Shown: positions 50,603-60,280, counted from the stretch's first letter. The stretch: DNA of 64,000 nucleotides from Candidatus Saccharimonadia bacterium (GCA_035544015.1 DATKIP010000076.1:192299-256298); one strand, 5' to 3'. Numbers and translations are program-made. The notes: generated from the letters alone by a model not told the origin.

Positions 50603-50772
50603 GATATTTCCTTTTAGTTAGATCGTTATAAAAATAGAATCCCGCGTTTACATTAAATACCGCTTAAATAAAGCACCATTCCCCCCCCAATAACAATATA
50701 AGTCATAATACTATGACTGTCAAGGTAATCTAATGAAAACTATTCTTTTCAAGGAGATGATCGCCCACGCCG

Positions 50773-52188
50773 CTACAGCAACTCAAGCAAGTCCGTCTGG
50801 TCATAATAAGGAATCGGCCGGGCGTCATCGAAGCCAATAAACAGATTAGAAAACAGGGTATTCCGGTCTATAGTATCGCTCGTTAAATTATGAGCTTTCG
50901 ACAAGAACGTTATCGCTTTGCCATTCTGGCTAATAGAGGGATCTAGGCTGTGATTATCACTCGGTACCCCATTGTGCGATGCCCGGCTAATGAGGCGCGT
51001 GGCACCAAAGTTGGTGTAGTACAAAAAGACATCAATATTGGTGGTGTCGGCCCGAACCAAGTTGGGTGCGTAGGACGCGTAAACCACATATTGGCCATCA
51101 CCACTAATATCGGCGGCAAAGCTGTTGTCGGTACCGAGCGCCCCCTTGGTCGATTTGCTAACGAGCGTAGTAGTGCCTTTCGCGCGGTTATAGAGAAATA
51201 CATCCACTTTGTGATTGTTGTCACCGGGCACCAGGTTCGGGGCGGTCGATTCGTAGACGATGAAGTTTCCATCCGTGCTTATGACCGGTTGGGTAGAATT
51301 GCTAGCGCCAAAACCGTATAGGCCACTAGTCACGAAGATAAGATTGTTGTCCCAAAGATCGTATAAATAAATATCGGGCTGACCATTATAATCAAAGCGC
51401 GTGAGCCGTTCGTCGGTTGAAAACGCAATAAAACGACCAGTATCGTTTATGGTCGCGTCCCAAAAACCACTCTCACTAATCTGATCATCCGCATTGGTGA
51501 GCTCAATCACTCGTGTCGTCCGTCCTTCGAGGTTTCGTATAACGAGGCGGTAGCCATCCGTATTGTTTACCGTGCGATGGTAGGTCAGAAATGTCACATA
51601 CCTGCCGTCGCGGGTAATAACCGGCGCCTGGCCGCCGACGCCCGTCTGGATGGCCGGAAGCCGCCGCTTACCGTCTGAGTCAACGTTTACGGCTTGAGTA
51701 TATTTTGTTATCAGGTCATGCACGATTATGTTGGTGCAGGGGTCGGCTGACCCCAGGCAAAATTTGTCCAGGCCAGGCGCCACATCGCGCGCGGTCGTGG
51801 CATAGGCTACGAAGCGACCATCGGCCGAGATCGTCGGCACATAGCTACCGCCCGAGGCCGGCTCGCCCGCCGCATTACGACTAACGAGGATGGTTTTTTG
51901 AGTGATGCGATCGTAAGCGTATACCTGTTCCATGGCGTTATGGGGGCCACTCGTTAGGTTGCTCGACGGTGACGAGAATACCGTTACGCGGCCATCGGCA
52001 CTTACGGTGCGCGCCCGAGCTTTGTGGATGTCTTCATTGGCGCCCGCGCCAGTTTGCCCCTTGGTGGCGAGCGTTGTGGTGCTTAAGCTACTGGCACCGG
52101 CGCTCGCGAGCGGGATCGCAGCTAGGATGCCTCCTGTCATTACGGTTACGATTGCTTGCCATACCCTGGTTTTTAGTAATTTTTCCAT
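50773..52188 (-). CDS. Secreted TolB-like / PD40 beta-propeller protein
   Basis: Signal peptide; repeated ISADGRFVAY, ISTDGNFIVYES...NLVPGDNN, ISGDGQYVVY. Confidence 0.85.
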   Translation of the reverse strand: MEKLLKTRVWQAIVTVMTGGILAAIPLASAGASSLSTTTLATKGQTGAGANEDIHKARARTVSADGRVTVFSSPSSNLTSGPHNAMEQVYAYDRITQKTILVSRNAAGEPASGGSYVPTISADGRFVAYATTARDVAPGLDKFCLGSADPCTNIIVHDLITKYTQAVNVDSDGKRRLPAIQTGVGGQAPVITRDGRYVTFLTYHRTVNNTDGYRLVIRNLEGRTTRVIELTNADDQISESGFWDATINDTGRFIAFSTDERLTRFDYNGQPDIYLYDLWDNNLIFVTSGLYGFGASNSTQPVISTDGNFIVYESTAPNLVPGDNNHKVDVFLYNRAKGTTTLVSKSTKGALGTDNSFAADISGDGQYVVYASYAPNLVRADTTNIDVFLYYTNFGATRLISRASHNGVPSDNHSLDPSISQNGKAITFLSKAHNLTSDTIDRNTLFSNLFIGFDDARPIPYYDQTDLLELL

Positions 52189-52346
52189 ACGACCCTTTGC
52201 ACATTACTTGCATGCTACTTATAAGCCAACGAGATGAATTTATGATGATACCCGGGGCAAGCATTGCTGGCACCCTCCGTCCCCACTTCATATTTCTTTA
52301 AATTTCTTATGGTATAGTCACCCCAATTAACTTTGTGAGGTTACGG

Positions 52347-52526
52347 ATGCCCAACCTTGGCGTCGGAGAACTATTAGTAATTTTGGCGATCATCTTGCTG
52401 TTGTTCGGGGGCAAGAAACTACCCGAGCTGTCGAGGAGTCTGGGCGAGGGGGTGCGTGAACTGCGCCTGGGTCTCAAGGGAGGATCAGATAAGCCTGATG
52501 AGGCAGCCAAGCGTAAGGCGAAGTAG
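52347..52526 (+). CDS. tatA: Twin-arginine translocase TatA/E
   Basis: LGVGELLVILAIILLLFGGKKLPELSRSLGEGVRE. Confidence 0.92.
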   Translation: MPNLGVGELLVILAIILLLFGGKKLPELSRSLGEGVRELRLGLKGGSDKPDEAAKRKAK

Positions 52527-52533
52527 GGACACC

Positions 52534-53439
52534 ATGCCTGCAAGTTTATCCGGGCGGCAGCCCTTCATCGAGCACCTGCATGAGCTCCGTCGACGGTTAT
52601 TCTGGTCGCTGGGGACGGTGGCGATTGGCGCGGCCGCGGGCTACCAGTTGCATCAGCAGCTGATGGATATCCTGCTTCGGCCCTATGGCCAAAAGTTGTA
52701 CTACTCATCGTTGACCGGCGGTCTCGATTTTCTGATTCGGATTTGCCTATTTTTTGGCATTCTCGTAGCCATTCCAGTGGTGACCTATAATCTGCTGCGT
52801 TTCATCGAGCCGGTCATGAAGCACGGCTTTCATGCCCGCATCCTGAAGCTTTTGGGCTGCTCCGTGGCGTTGGCAGTGGCTGGGATTATGTTTGCGTATT
52901 TTGTCTGCCTGCCGGCCGCCGTTCAGTTTTTGTCCAATTTCGGCGGAGGTCGAATCCAGGCCCTCGTATCGACCGATCAATATCTCAACTTTGTCATGAT
53001 TTACCTGGCTGGTTTCGCGGCCATCTTCCAGCTCCCGCTGATACTCCTGTTTATTAATCACGTCACGCCCTTGCCGCCGAGGACCCTCATGAAGCAACAG
53101 CGCATCTTCATCGTGGCTAGTTTTGTAGCGGCGGCGATCATCACGCCCACGCCGGATGCCGTTAATATGGCCATTATGGCGCTGCCGATGATCCTGCTTT
53201 ACCAGGGCACCATTCTCGTGATCTGGCTGCGCAACCGGGCGAGGAAGGGCCCAGTCGAGCTCGCGCCTGAGCCCGCGCCAGTGGCGGCCTCCCGCGCAGT
53301 GGGCGTACTGGATCTCACGCGGCAGGTACCAGCGCCAAGGCCGCGCCCACCCGCCAACCTGCTCGACCTACGCGCCCCCAGCTGGCCAACCTCGCCCCCA
53401 CCTTCTCATCAGCTAAATTTAAGGACAAAAGACCAATGA
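52534..53439 (+). CDS. tatC: Twin-arginine translocase TatC
   Basis: FIEHLHELRRRL, FQLPL, AAIITPTPD, PMILLY. Confidence 0.93.
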   Translation: MPASLSGRQPFIEHLHELRRRLFWSLGTVAIGAAAGYQLHQQLMDILLRPYGQKLYYSSLTGGLDFLIRICLFFGILVAIPVVTYNLLRFIEPVMKHGFHARILKLLGCSVALAVAGIMFAYFVCLPAAVQFLSNFGGGRIQALVSTDQYLNFVMIYLAGFAAIFQLPLILLFINHVTPLPPRTLMKQQRIFIVASFVAAAIITPTPDAVNMAIMALPMILLYQGTILVIWLRNRARKGPVELAPEPAPVAASRAVGVLDLTRQVPAPRPRPPANLLDLRAPSWPTSPPPSHQLNLRTKDQ

Positions 53440-53663
53440 CGAACATCAGCCAATCCGTTCGCGAATTATTAAAAAAGGATGTCGACCGCAAGGAATTTCT
53501 GGCTCACATCGGAGCAGCGGTCGTGGCCGTCTCGGGCATTGCGGGCATCATAAAGGCCGTGGCAGAAGCAGACGGCAAAGCCAAGCCGATCTCGGGAGGC
53601 TACGGCGCTAGTGCCTACGGGGGAGCGGCCAAACCGGCCAACGTTCAAAGGCGGTTTCTATAA
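53436..53663 (+). CDS. Small protein with Tat-like signal
   Basis: DRKEFL plus hydrophobic helix; GYGASAYGG tail; coupled to tatC by ATGA overlap. Confidence 0.7.
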   Translation: MTNISQSVRELLKKDVDRKEFLAHIGAAVVAVSGIAGIIKAVAEADGKAKPISGGYGASAYGGAAKPANVQRRFL

Positions 53664-55016
53664 CGGCTCCGGCTTATGCCTGAACGGGAGCTTCACGATA
53701 AACTCCGTACGATCGCTGCGCGGACTGAGTCTAAGGCTACCCGAAAAACTTGTTTCCACCGTCTGCTTTGCAATAAATAAGCCCAGACCCAGACCGGTTT
53801 TCTTGCTGCTATGGAATGGTTTGAACAATTGCTTTCGCTCAAGCTTGGGAATGCCCCGTCCCCAATCGCTTATGTGAATGCTCATATGCGTATCATCCCA
53901 CCGAGCCGATATATCGACGCGCCGATCATGAGAGGAGATCGCCCCTGCACCGGGATCGGGGTAGGCGTCAATCGCGTTACTCACAAGGGTTGCGATAACC
54001 TGGCCGAAACAGCTGGAGTCACCCAAGTACTCCCGCGAACCAGCCGGAGGCCGCCAGTCGATAGCAACCCCAGCATCCTTGGCTTTGTAATGCAAAAACG
54101 TCACGACTTCGGTCATCTTCCGAACCATGTCGAAGGCTTGCTCCTTGGGCTTTCCCTGCAGCCGTTCGCGCGTGCTATCCACGATGCCCTCGAGGTAAAG
54201 CAGTATTTCCTTGGCCCGGGCGAGTGTTCTCATGTGCTCTTTGTCTTGCAGATCCTCAATCTCAAGATTGAGGGCAGTCAAATGGTTGGCCAGATCGTGC
54301 AGCAAGGCAACTCCTAGCTGGCCCAGTTCGGCAAAACGATACATATGTCGCATTTCTTCTACTTGCATATGGCGCAACTGAGACGTGCGTTTTTTGACTT
54401 GCCGCTCGAGAGTATTCTTTTGAAGCAACAAAGCCGACTCCGCCCGCTTCGCCTGGTCCAGGGAGCGTTCCATGTCTCGGTTGTAGAGCCAACATACGAG
54501 CGCCAGCATGCCAAACACCACGCAGTATGTCAGGACGTCGCCAAAAGTTGATTGGTGCCGCGTCCAAGAAATATCGGGCGAGTGCCAGCCAAAGACAATC
54601 GCCACTTGCGCCCCCATGAGGACCGCACCGGCTGCAAGCGCCGCAAACAGCGAATGACGCGAGGTCAGCAAGACGCCGGCAAGCACAATAACGAGCGCAA
54701 AAATAAGTTCCCCAATCGGGGCATTTAAGCCCCAGGTCCAGATGATCCCGGTGGCTATCAAGATATAGAACGAAATGATCAAGCAGGCCGCCGCATAATG
54801 ATAATTGCGACGTGCCAGCAGCTGGGCCACGGCAATATAGAGCAGTGCCAGACAACAAACACCCATTCCCACGAGCACCTTGGGGCTGGTGAAGACTTCG
54901 TGCCCCGCCCGCACAGCCAGCCAAATCCACACCACCCCTATCCCGAAGTAGCTACCAGCCACCATGGTTTTACAAATCACTTGGATATTACGAAGCGTGT
55001 AATTCAGTGGGTACAT
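53658..55016 (-). CDS. Membrane sensor histidine kinase
   Basis: Multiple TMs; HDLANHL H-box, NAIDA N-box, DWGRGI, FKPF, GLGLGL. Confidence 0.92.
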   Translation of the reverse strand: MYPLNYTLRNIQVICKTMVAGSYFGIGVVWIWLAVRAGHEVFTSPKVLVGMGVCCLALLYIAVAQLLARRNYHYAAACLIISFYILIATGIIWTWGLNAPIGELIFALVIVLAGVLLTSRHSLFAALAAGAVLMGAQVAIVFGWHSPDISWTRHQSTFGDVLTYCVVFGMLALVCWLYNRDMERSLDQAKRAESALLLQKNTLERQVKKRTSQLRHMQVEEMRHMYRFAELGQLGVALLHDLANHLTALNLEIEDLQDKEHMRTLARAKEILLYLEGIVDSTRERLQGKPKEQAFDMVRKMTEVVTFLHYKAKDAGVAIDWRPPAGSREYLGDSSCFGQVIATLVSNAIDAYPDPGAGAISSHDRRVDISARWDDTHMSIHISDWGRGIPKLERKQLFKPFHSSKKTGLGLGLFIAKQTVETSFSGSLRLSPRSDRTEFIVKLPFRHKPEPL

Positions 55017-55067
55017 GCTTTCCTAGTAGCCATGAATGACCATATTGCAACGTAAACGCTCCGTTTA

Positions 55068-55739
55068 CTATTTGTCATCAACCATATAGCCAATACCGTA
55101 GGCGGTTTTAATGAGCGATCCCCCAAAAGGACGGTCCACCTTGTCGCGAAGGTTCTTGATATGAACATCGACAGTGTTGTTCCATCCCTCGGTGCCGGCT
55201 TCCCACACATGCTCCAGAATCATCGACCGGGTGAGCGCGCGGCCCTTATTCGCGACCAAGTACTCGAGCACATCAAACTCTTTGCGGCGCAGCGGAATGG
55301 TTACACCCGAGCGCGATACATGGCGGCGGGTAATATTAACGGTGAGATCACTCACGCCGACAATTTTCTCCTCATGTAGTTCGGTGCCTCGGCGCAACAA
55401 CGCGGCAATGTGCGCCTTTAAAACCCCTCCGTTAAATGGCTTTGTTAGGTAGTCGTCTGCACCACAATTAAGGAGTTGGATCGAAGTGAGGGGGTCCTTC
55501 TCGACCGTTAGGACGAGGATAGGAGCAGTAATTTTCAGGCTACGCAGTTCACGACAGACATCCACCCCGCTCATGTCCGGCAACCCAACATCGAGAAGAA
55601 TGAGGCTGTACTGGACTGCGCAGGCACTTTCAACGCCCTCACGACCCGTGTGTACGGAGTCAACTACGTAGTGAGCATAAAGAAGCTTTCTTACGCTGGC
55701 AACAAGCAACTGATTGTCATCAATATAGAGGATTTTCAT
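55068..55739 (-). CDS. OmpR family response regulator
   Basis: IDD, LLDVGLPD, GADDYLTKPF, VDVHIKNLRDK, GIGY. Confidence 0.95.
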   Translation of the reverse strand: MKILYIDDNQLLVASVRKLLYAHYVVDSVHTGREGVESACAVQYSLILLDVGLPDMSGVDVCRELRSLKITAPILVLTVEKDPLTSIQLLNCGADDYLTKPFNGGVLKAHIAALLRRGTELHEEKIVGVSDLTVNITRRHVSRSGVTIPLRRKEFDVLEYLVANKGRALTRSMILEHVWEAGTEGWNNTVDVHIKNLRDKVDRPFGGSLIKTAYGIGYMVDDK

Positions 55740-55941
55740 TATCAAAAATAATTAATTATCTATAAAAGAAAAATACTGAGAACTTATTAAGATGCTATGA
55801 ACTTTTGCGCAAAAACGTGGGGCCGGAATCAACGGTCCCACGGGGCCCAAAAGTGATTTTGGCGATATGTCCAGGAATTCAGACTGAGTTAATCACTAGT
55901 CCATACACTACCGCTATTAGAACTTAAACAAGGATCGTAGA

Positions 55942-56391
55942 ATGAAAAAAATAATGGCTGGATTATTAGCGGCCGTAATCGTGTCGGTAGGTGCAGCATC
56001 GGGCGGCGCCCATGCAGCTGGTACCCCGCCTCAAACCGACGTCACCGGAGTAATCACCGAAAATAGCATAGCGGTGGCCGGTGCGACAGTTACCGTGACC
56101 TGTAACGGTAACGCACAGGTCGACACCACCACGGACGCCCATGGCTCGTATCTCGTAGTTTTCCCCGTGGCTGACTGCGCTTTCGGTGATACCGTCAAGG
56201 TTGTAGCCAAGAAGGGCGGCAAGAGCGGTGTCTCGAGCGGCACGGTTACCGGAATCACCACGAAGCTCAATCTCGCTATTGTGAACGTCTCAATCCCTGA
56301 GTTTGGCCTACTGGGATCGCTCATGGCCGGTACTGCCGGGATCGGCATGCTCGCCTACATGCGCCGCCGCCAACAAGACTTTGAAGCGTAG
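55942..56391 (+). CDS. Secreted protein with IPEF-type C-terminal sorting signal (array member 1)
   Basis: Signal peptide ending AHA; two-Cys beta domain; SIPEFG-TM-RRR. Confidence 0.85.
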   Translation: MKKIMAGLLAAVIVSVGAASGGAHAAGTPPQTDVTGVITENSIAVAGATVTVTCNGNAQVDTTTDAHGSYLVVFPVADCAFGDTVKVVAKKGGKSGVSSGTVTGITTKLNLAIVNVSIPEFGLLGSLMAGTAGIGMLAYMRRRQQDFEA

Positions 56392-56414
56392 CCATCGCTA
56401 GGGTTTTAGAGCCA

Positions 56415-57377
56415 GTGCGCCGACTAAAAACTATCAACCCGCTGCTTCAGCGGGTGATAGTTTTTTCGGTGCTATTCGTTGCCATCTCGGGAGCCATCGG
56501 GCCACGCATTATTAGCGGCGGGATTCTCTTCAGCGGCGGCTTTGCCGTGTATGGCGGAGCCGGCAAGACACTGCTCTTTAGTCTCATCAGCTTCGGGTTG
56601 CTCGTGCGCCGCCGCCGCCTCCTCGTTGCGTTGCAGCCATGGCGCCCCGCCGATCTTGGTTGGATCGTGGCCTCAGCGGCGGCATTGGCCTTGGCATGGG
56701 CAAACATTGCCCGCTTGCTGGCTGGCCAACATCAAGTCCAGGCGATTGCGCTCGCCCACGCCGGCCTCATCTTGGGCATCGCCTTGCTGGCCGTTGGCTG
56801 TCTGGGGGCAAAAAATCTCCGGTCGCTAGGGTCCATATACCGGCGCGAGATCGTGGCCTCGCTGGCTCTCGGCGCCTTATTTTACCTATTTTTGCTGGCG
56901 GTCTACGCCCTCTGGCGTCCGCTGGCCTCCGTGGTGCTCCTTTGTGTCCGAGGTCTGCTCGCCCTAGGCGGCCTTCACGCCGTCATGGTACCGCCCAACA
57001 GCCTCATCTTCGACAAATTCGGCATCACCGTCGCCGAATATTGCTCCGGTATAGAATCCATTGCACTCTTTACGGGCCTCTACGCCATCGTGGGGCTGCT
57101 CGATTGGGCCCGCCTCAATCGCTTCCGCTATTTCGCCATCTTTCCGTTCGCGCTGCTGGCGCTGTTTGGGCTCAACATCCTGCGCGTTTACGGGCTCATC
57201 TTGGCAGGCTACTACATCAATCCCGAGCTTGCTTTCAGCCTGTTCCACACCTACGCCGGCATGGTGTTCTTCATGCTCTATAGCGCCGTTTTTTGGGCCG
57301 TAGCCTACAAATATTTGATTACGACATCGGCGCCTCTTGACCATAAACACGTAATCGCGAAAGGTAACCCATTATGA
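56415..57377 (+). CDS. Exosortase/archaeosortase family protein
   Basis: Multi-TM; catalytic Cys (VAEYCSGIES), Arg (NILRV) and His (LFHT) in canonical order. Confidence 0.9.
   Translation: MRRLKTINPLLQRVIVFSVLFVAISGAIGPRIISGGILFSGGFAVYGGAGKTLLFSLISFGLLVRRRRLLVALQPWRPADLGWIVASAAALALAWANIARLLAGQHQVQAIALAHAGLILGIALLAVGCLGAKNLRSLGSIYRREIVASLALGALFYLFLLAVYALWRPLASVVLLCVRGLLALGGLHAVMVPPNSLIFDKFGITVAEYCSGIESIALFTGLYAIVGLLDWARLNRFRYFAIFPFALLALFGLNILRVYGLILAGYYINPELAFSLFHTYAGMVFFMLYSAVFWAVAYKYLITTSAPLDHKHVIAKGNPL
56426..56466 (+). terminator. Terminator-like hairpin inside the 5' end of the exosortase gene
   Basis: AAAAACTATCA-ACCCGCTG-CTT-CAGCGGG-TGATAGTTTTTT. Confidence 0.7.
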
Positions 57378-57757
57378 AAAAGCCCATCATAATCATCAGC
57401 CTAGCCGCCGCAGCCCTGGCCGTCACGGGGGTAACGGCCGCCCGAGCCGCCACTGCTCCGGCCGGCGAAACCGACATCACCGGCATCGTGACGGAGTTTG
57501 GTGTCCCGAGGCAGCGAAACGCGACCTTTGTCGAGTGCAAAGGGCTCCAAAAGTTCGACGATTCCGACGCCAAGGGGGCCTATCTCGTTACCTTTACGGC
57601 CGCGGAATGCCCAGCCGGATCGTCGGTTACGGTCGTAGCCGCCAACGGCAGCCGCCCCGGCCGCGCCTCGGGTACCGTGCGGGGCATTACCACCAAGCTC
57701 AAGACGGCCGCCGTGAACGTGCAAATACCCGGTCCCGAACCGGCGCAGAACCATTAA
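57374..57757 (+). CDS. Secreted paralog of member 1 lacking the sorting signal (member 2)
   Basis: Shares TDITG, GAYLV, GTVRGITTKL, VNV with member 1; ends IPGPEPAQNH with no TM. Confidence 0.8.
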   Translation: MKKPIIIISLAAAALAVTGVTAARAATAPAGETDITGIVTEFGVPRQRNATFVECKGLQKFDDSDAKGAYLVTFTAAECPAGSSVTVVAANGSRPGRASGTVRGITTKLKTAAVNVQIPGPEPAQNH

Positions 57758-57772
57758 GCATGGAAGGCTCGG

Positions 57773-57910
57773 ATGATGATAACGAAAGTAATAAAAACCA
57801 CGTTCTTCGCAGCCGGACTACTAGCCGTCAGTTTGACGCCCTGTCTGGCAAACGCCACCTACACTCGCCGCCGCACCGCCCAAACAGCCCCTCTCGGAGG
57901 TCAATCATGA
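57773..57910 (+). pseudogene. Internally deleted array member (signal peptide joined to basic tail)
   Basis: 45-aa ORF MMITKVIKTTFFAAGLLAVSLTPCLANA-TYTRRRTAQTAPLGGQS; ATGA overlap with the next gene. Confidence 0.6.
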
Positions 57911-58383
57911 AACGATTCATCGCGAGCTTGAGTCTGCTGGCTGCCGCGGCGGCAGTTGGTCTGGCGCCGAGCCCAGCCCGGGCTGCCACTCCGGCCGAGG
58001 TGAAAATATCCGGGGTCGTCACCGAGCACGGCCAGCCTGCCGCCGGAGTACAGGTCCTCGGAGATTGCGGGCATTTCGCGAAGTATGGCCAACATCTTAC
58101 CGGTGTCGACGGCGCCTATCAGATTACCTTCACCGTCGATCAATGCCCCATTGGCACTCGTATCAGAGTTTTTGGGTTTACCTCCGACTACCAAAAACGA
58201 GCCGAGGGGGAGGCCGCCGCGCAGCCGGAGGTCGTCATCGACATGGTTCTCACGAGCGTCATCTCCGTGCCCGAATACGGCTGGTTGGGCGGCATTCTAG
58301 TGGGTGGGACTGGATTGGGCGCCCTTGCCTACACCCGCCGCCGGGCCCAATACAGCCCACGAAAGGCAGCCCCACATGCCTAA
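57907..58383 (+). CDS. Secreted protein with VPEY sorting signal (member 3)
   Basis: GGAGG RBS; signal peptide ending PARA; two Cys; SVPEYGWLGG-TM-YTRRR. Confidence 0.85.
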   Translation: MKRFIASLSLLAAAAAVGLAPSPARAATPAEVKISGVVTEHGQPAAGVQVLGDCGHFAKYGQHLTGVDGAYQITFTVDQCPIGTRIRVFGFTSDYQKRAEGEAAAQPEVVIDMVLTSVISVPEYGWLGGILVGGTGLGALAYTRRRAQYSPRKAAPHA

Positions 58384-58819
58384 AAGCATATTGGGCGTTT
58401 TCATAACCCTCGGCTTAACCGCAGCCGTATTTGCGCCGCAGCCGGCCCACGCCACGTTTGATCCCGTTTACGACGTGCAGGGCTTCGTGCACGACGAGAC
58501 CGGTAAGCCCGTTGAGGGCGCGGACGTTTACATCGTTTGCGGTGGCGTAGAAGTAGAACTCACCAGATCGGACGTGGACGGTTCGTACCATTCCAATATG
58601 GACCAATGCCAGGTTGACTGGACCATCCAGGTAGACGTCCGCGCCCCCGGCGCCCGCCTTGGTAGTGCCTCCAGCATCGGGAGCCCGCACATGCACCTCG
58701 ATGTTGTCGTCAGAGCAAACACTTCCATCCCCGAGTACGGCTGGCTCGGCGGCCTCATGGCCGGGGGTGCCGGCGCTGGCGCCATCGCCTACGCCCGTCG
58801 CCAGTGCGCGCGTCCTTAA
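58376..58819 (+). CDS. Secreted protein with IPEY sorting signal (member 4)
   Basis: Signal peptide ending PAHA; two Cys in the domain; SIPEYGWLGG-TM-YARRQ. Confidence 0.85.
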   Translation: MPKSILGVFITLGLTAAVFAPQPAHATFDPVYDVQGFVHDETGKPVEGADVYIVCGGVEVELTRSDVDGSYHSNMDQCQVDWTIQVDVRAPGARLGSASSIGSPHMHLDVVVRANTSIPEYGWLGGLMAGGAGAGAIAYARRQCARP

Positions 58820-58865
58820 CCCCGTCTGCTCGGAATATCATTATTTTTACGAAAGGTAGGACCAA

Positions 58866-59342
58866 ATGAAGCGACGAACAATAATAAAATCAAACATAAT
58901 AACCAGTACCCTTTTGGCGGCAGCGGTGGCAATAGCCAGCTTCGCGCCGCGGCCGGCCGACGCCGCCGTCAACGATTCAGTTCAGCTTACCGGGCTCGTC
59001 ACGATTCAGGGCCACCCCATGCCCGGGCTCGAAGTTGACATCGAATGCTGGAGCACGGGGTTCCAGGCTCACGCCGTCACCAACGGCAGCGGCATCTATT
59101 CCCACTTCGCGACCGAAGCGTTCTGCCCCCTTGGCTCGCAGCTGAAAGTACGGTTTGAGTCAGTCGGCTTGAGCGGGTATGTCGGCTTCAACTACAACAC
59201 GATTCAGAAGGTGACGGTGACAGATATTAGTCTGGTGCGCAAAAATGTTGTCCCGGAGTACGGTTGGCTGGGCGGGTTGCTAGCTGGTAGCGCCGGGATT
59301 GGTGCGATGGCCATAATGCGCCGCCGGTACGTCAGCTTATGA
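58866..59342 (+). CDS. Secreted protein with VPEY sorting signal (member 5)
   Basis: Signal peptide ending PADA; two Cys; VVPEYGWLGG-TM-MRRR. Confidence 0.85.
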   Translation: MKRRTIIKSNIITSTLLAAAVAIASFAPRPADAAVNDSVQLTGLVTIQGHPMPGLEVDIECWSTGFQAHAVTNGSGIYSHFATEAFCPLGSQLKVRFESVGLSGYVGFNYNTIQKVTVTDISLVRKNVVPEYGWLGGLLAGSAGIGAMAIMRRRYVSL

Positions 59343-59803
59343 AAAAGCCACTGTCAATAGTATCTCTGGCCGCTGTTTCCGCCGCAGCCCTCTTGGCCGC
59401 CCAGCCAACCCAAGCCGCCGGTACCAGCACCATCGCTGGCCCGGTCATCAAGCAGCGCCAGCCGGTAGTTGGCGTCGTGGTCTCAGTGTACTGCGGCCGG
59501 ATGGAAGAGCACCACCATGTGGCCGATAGCGCACCCACCGACGCTACCGGCCACTATCGTGTCACCATCACCGAGGCCCAGTGCCCGCGCGGCCATTACG
59601 CGCAGGTATTCGCCGGCACGAGCTTCGAATGGGTCGGCCTATCCGCGGGCAATCTAGCCGAAAACAACCGTTTCGATATTTACCTCGAACATCGTACCTC
59701 AATACCCGAATACAGCTGGTTGGCCGGCTTGCTCGCCGACAGTGCAGGCTTTGGCGCAATTGCCATGATGCGCCGGCGCCAGGTGGCTCACCGAGAACAA
59801 TAA
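59339..59803 (+). CDS. Secreted protein with IPEY sorting signal (member 6)
   Basis: Signal peptide ending PTQA; two Cys; SIPEYSWLAG-TM-MRRR. Confidence 0.85.
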   Translation: MKKPLSIVSLAAVSAAALLAAQPTQAAGTSTIAGPVIKQRQPVVGVVVSVYCGRMEEHHHVADSAPTDATGHYRVTITEAQCPRGHYAQVFAGTSFEWVGLSAGNLAENNRFDIYLEHRTSIPEYSWLAGLLADSAGFGAIAMMRRRQVAHREQ

Positions 59804-59830
59804 GCATCACCACGAAAGGCAGGCCCCAGA

Positions 59831-60280
59831 ATGAACAAGATAGTAGCAGGAATATCCCTCATCGCAGCCGTAATCGCCGTAAGTTTGGCACCGCACGCCG
59901 CCCATGCCGCGGCCCAGTACCAATTCGAAGGCTACGTTTACGACTCCGACGGCCAACCCGTACCCCAGGCGCCGGTCACCGTAGACTGCTATACGCACGG
60001 GGGGATAACTCCCATCCTTGGCACCACCAATGTCTTCGGTCACTTCATCATAGACTACTCCACCGACGTGTGTCCCGATGGCTCGGGCATCACCGTGTCG
60101 GCCAAAACCGCCGATGAATTTGGCTCTACCGACGCGATGGCATTCGGCGGAACCTTCATCAATCTCGATCTCCACAAAGTCATCTCCGTGCCAGAGTACG
60201 GCGGCCTCGCCGGCGCACTGGCCGCCGGAGCCGGCATCGGCGCCCTTGCCTACACCCGTCGCCGCCACGCGCAGCTATGA
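59831..60280 (+). CDS. Secreted protein with VPEY sorting signal (member 7)
   Basis: Signal peptide ending AAHA; two Cys; SVPEYGGLAG-TM-YTRRR. Confidence 0.85.
   Translation: MNKIVAGISLIAAVIAVSLAPHAAHAAAQYQFEGYVYDSDGQPVPQAPVTVDCYTHGGITPILGTTNVFGHFIIDYSTDVCPDGSGITVSAKTADEFGSTDAMAFGGTFINLDLHKVISVPEYGGLAGALAAGAGIGALAYTRRRHAQL

Noticed and set aside
57357-59833. CGAAAGG(C/T)A motif before four array genes as a possible recombination site
   Set aside because: CGAAAGG also precedes rpmF, so it is best explained as a Shine-Dalgarno sequence
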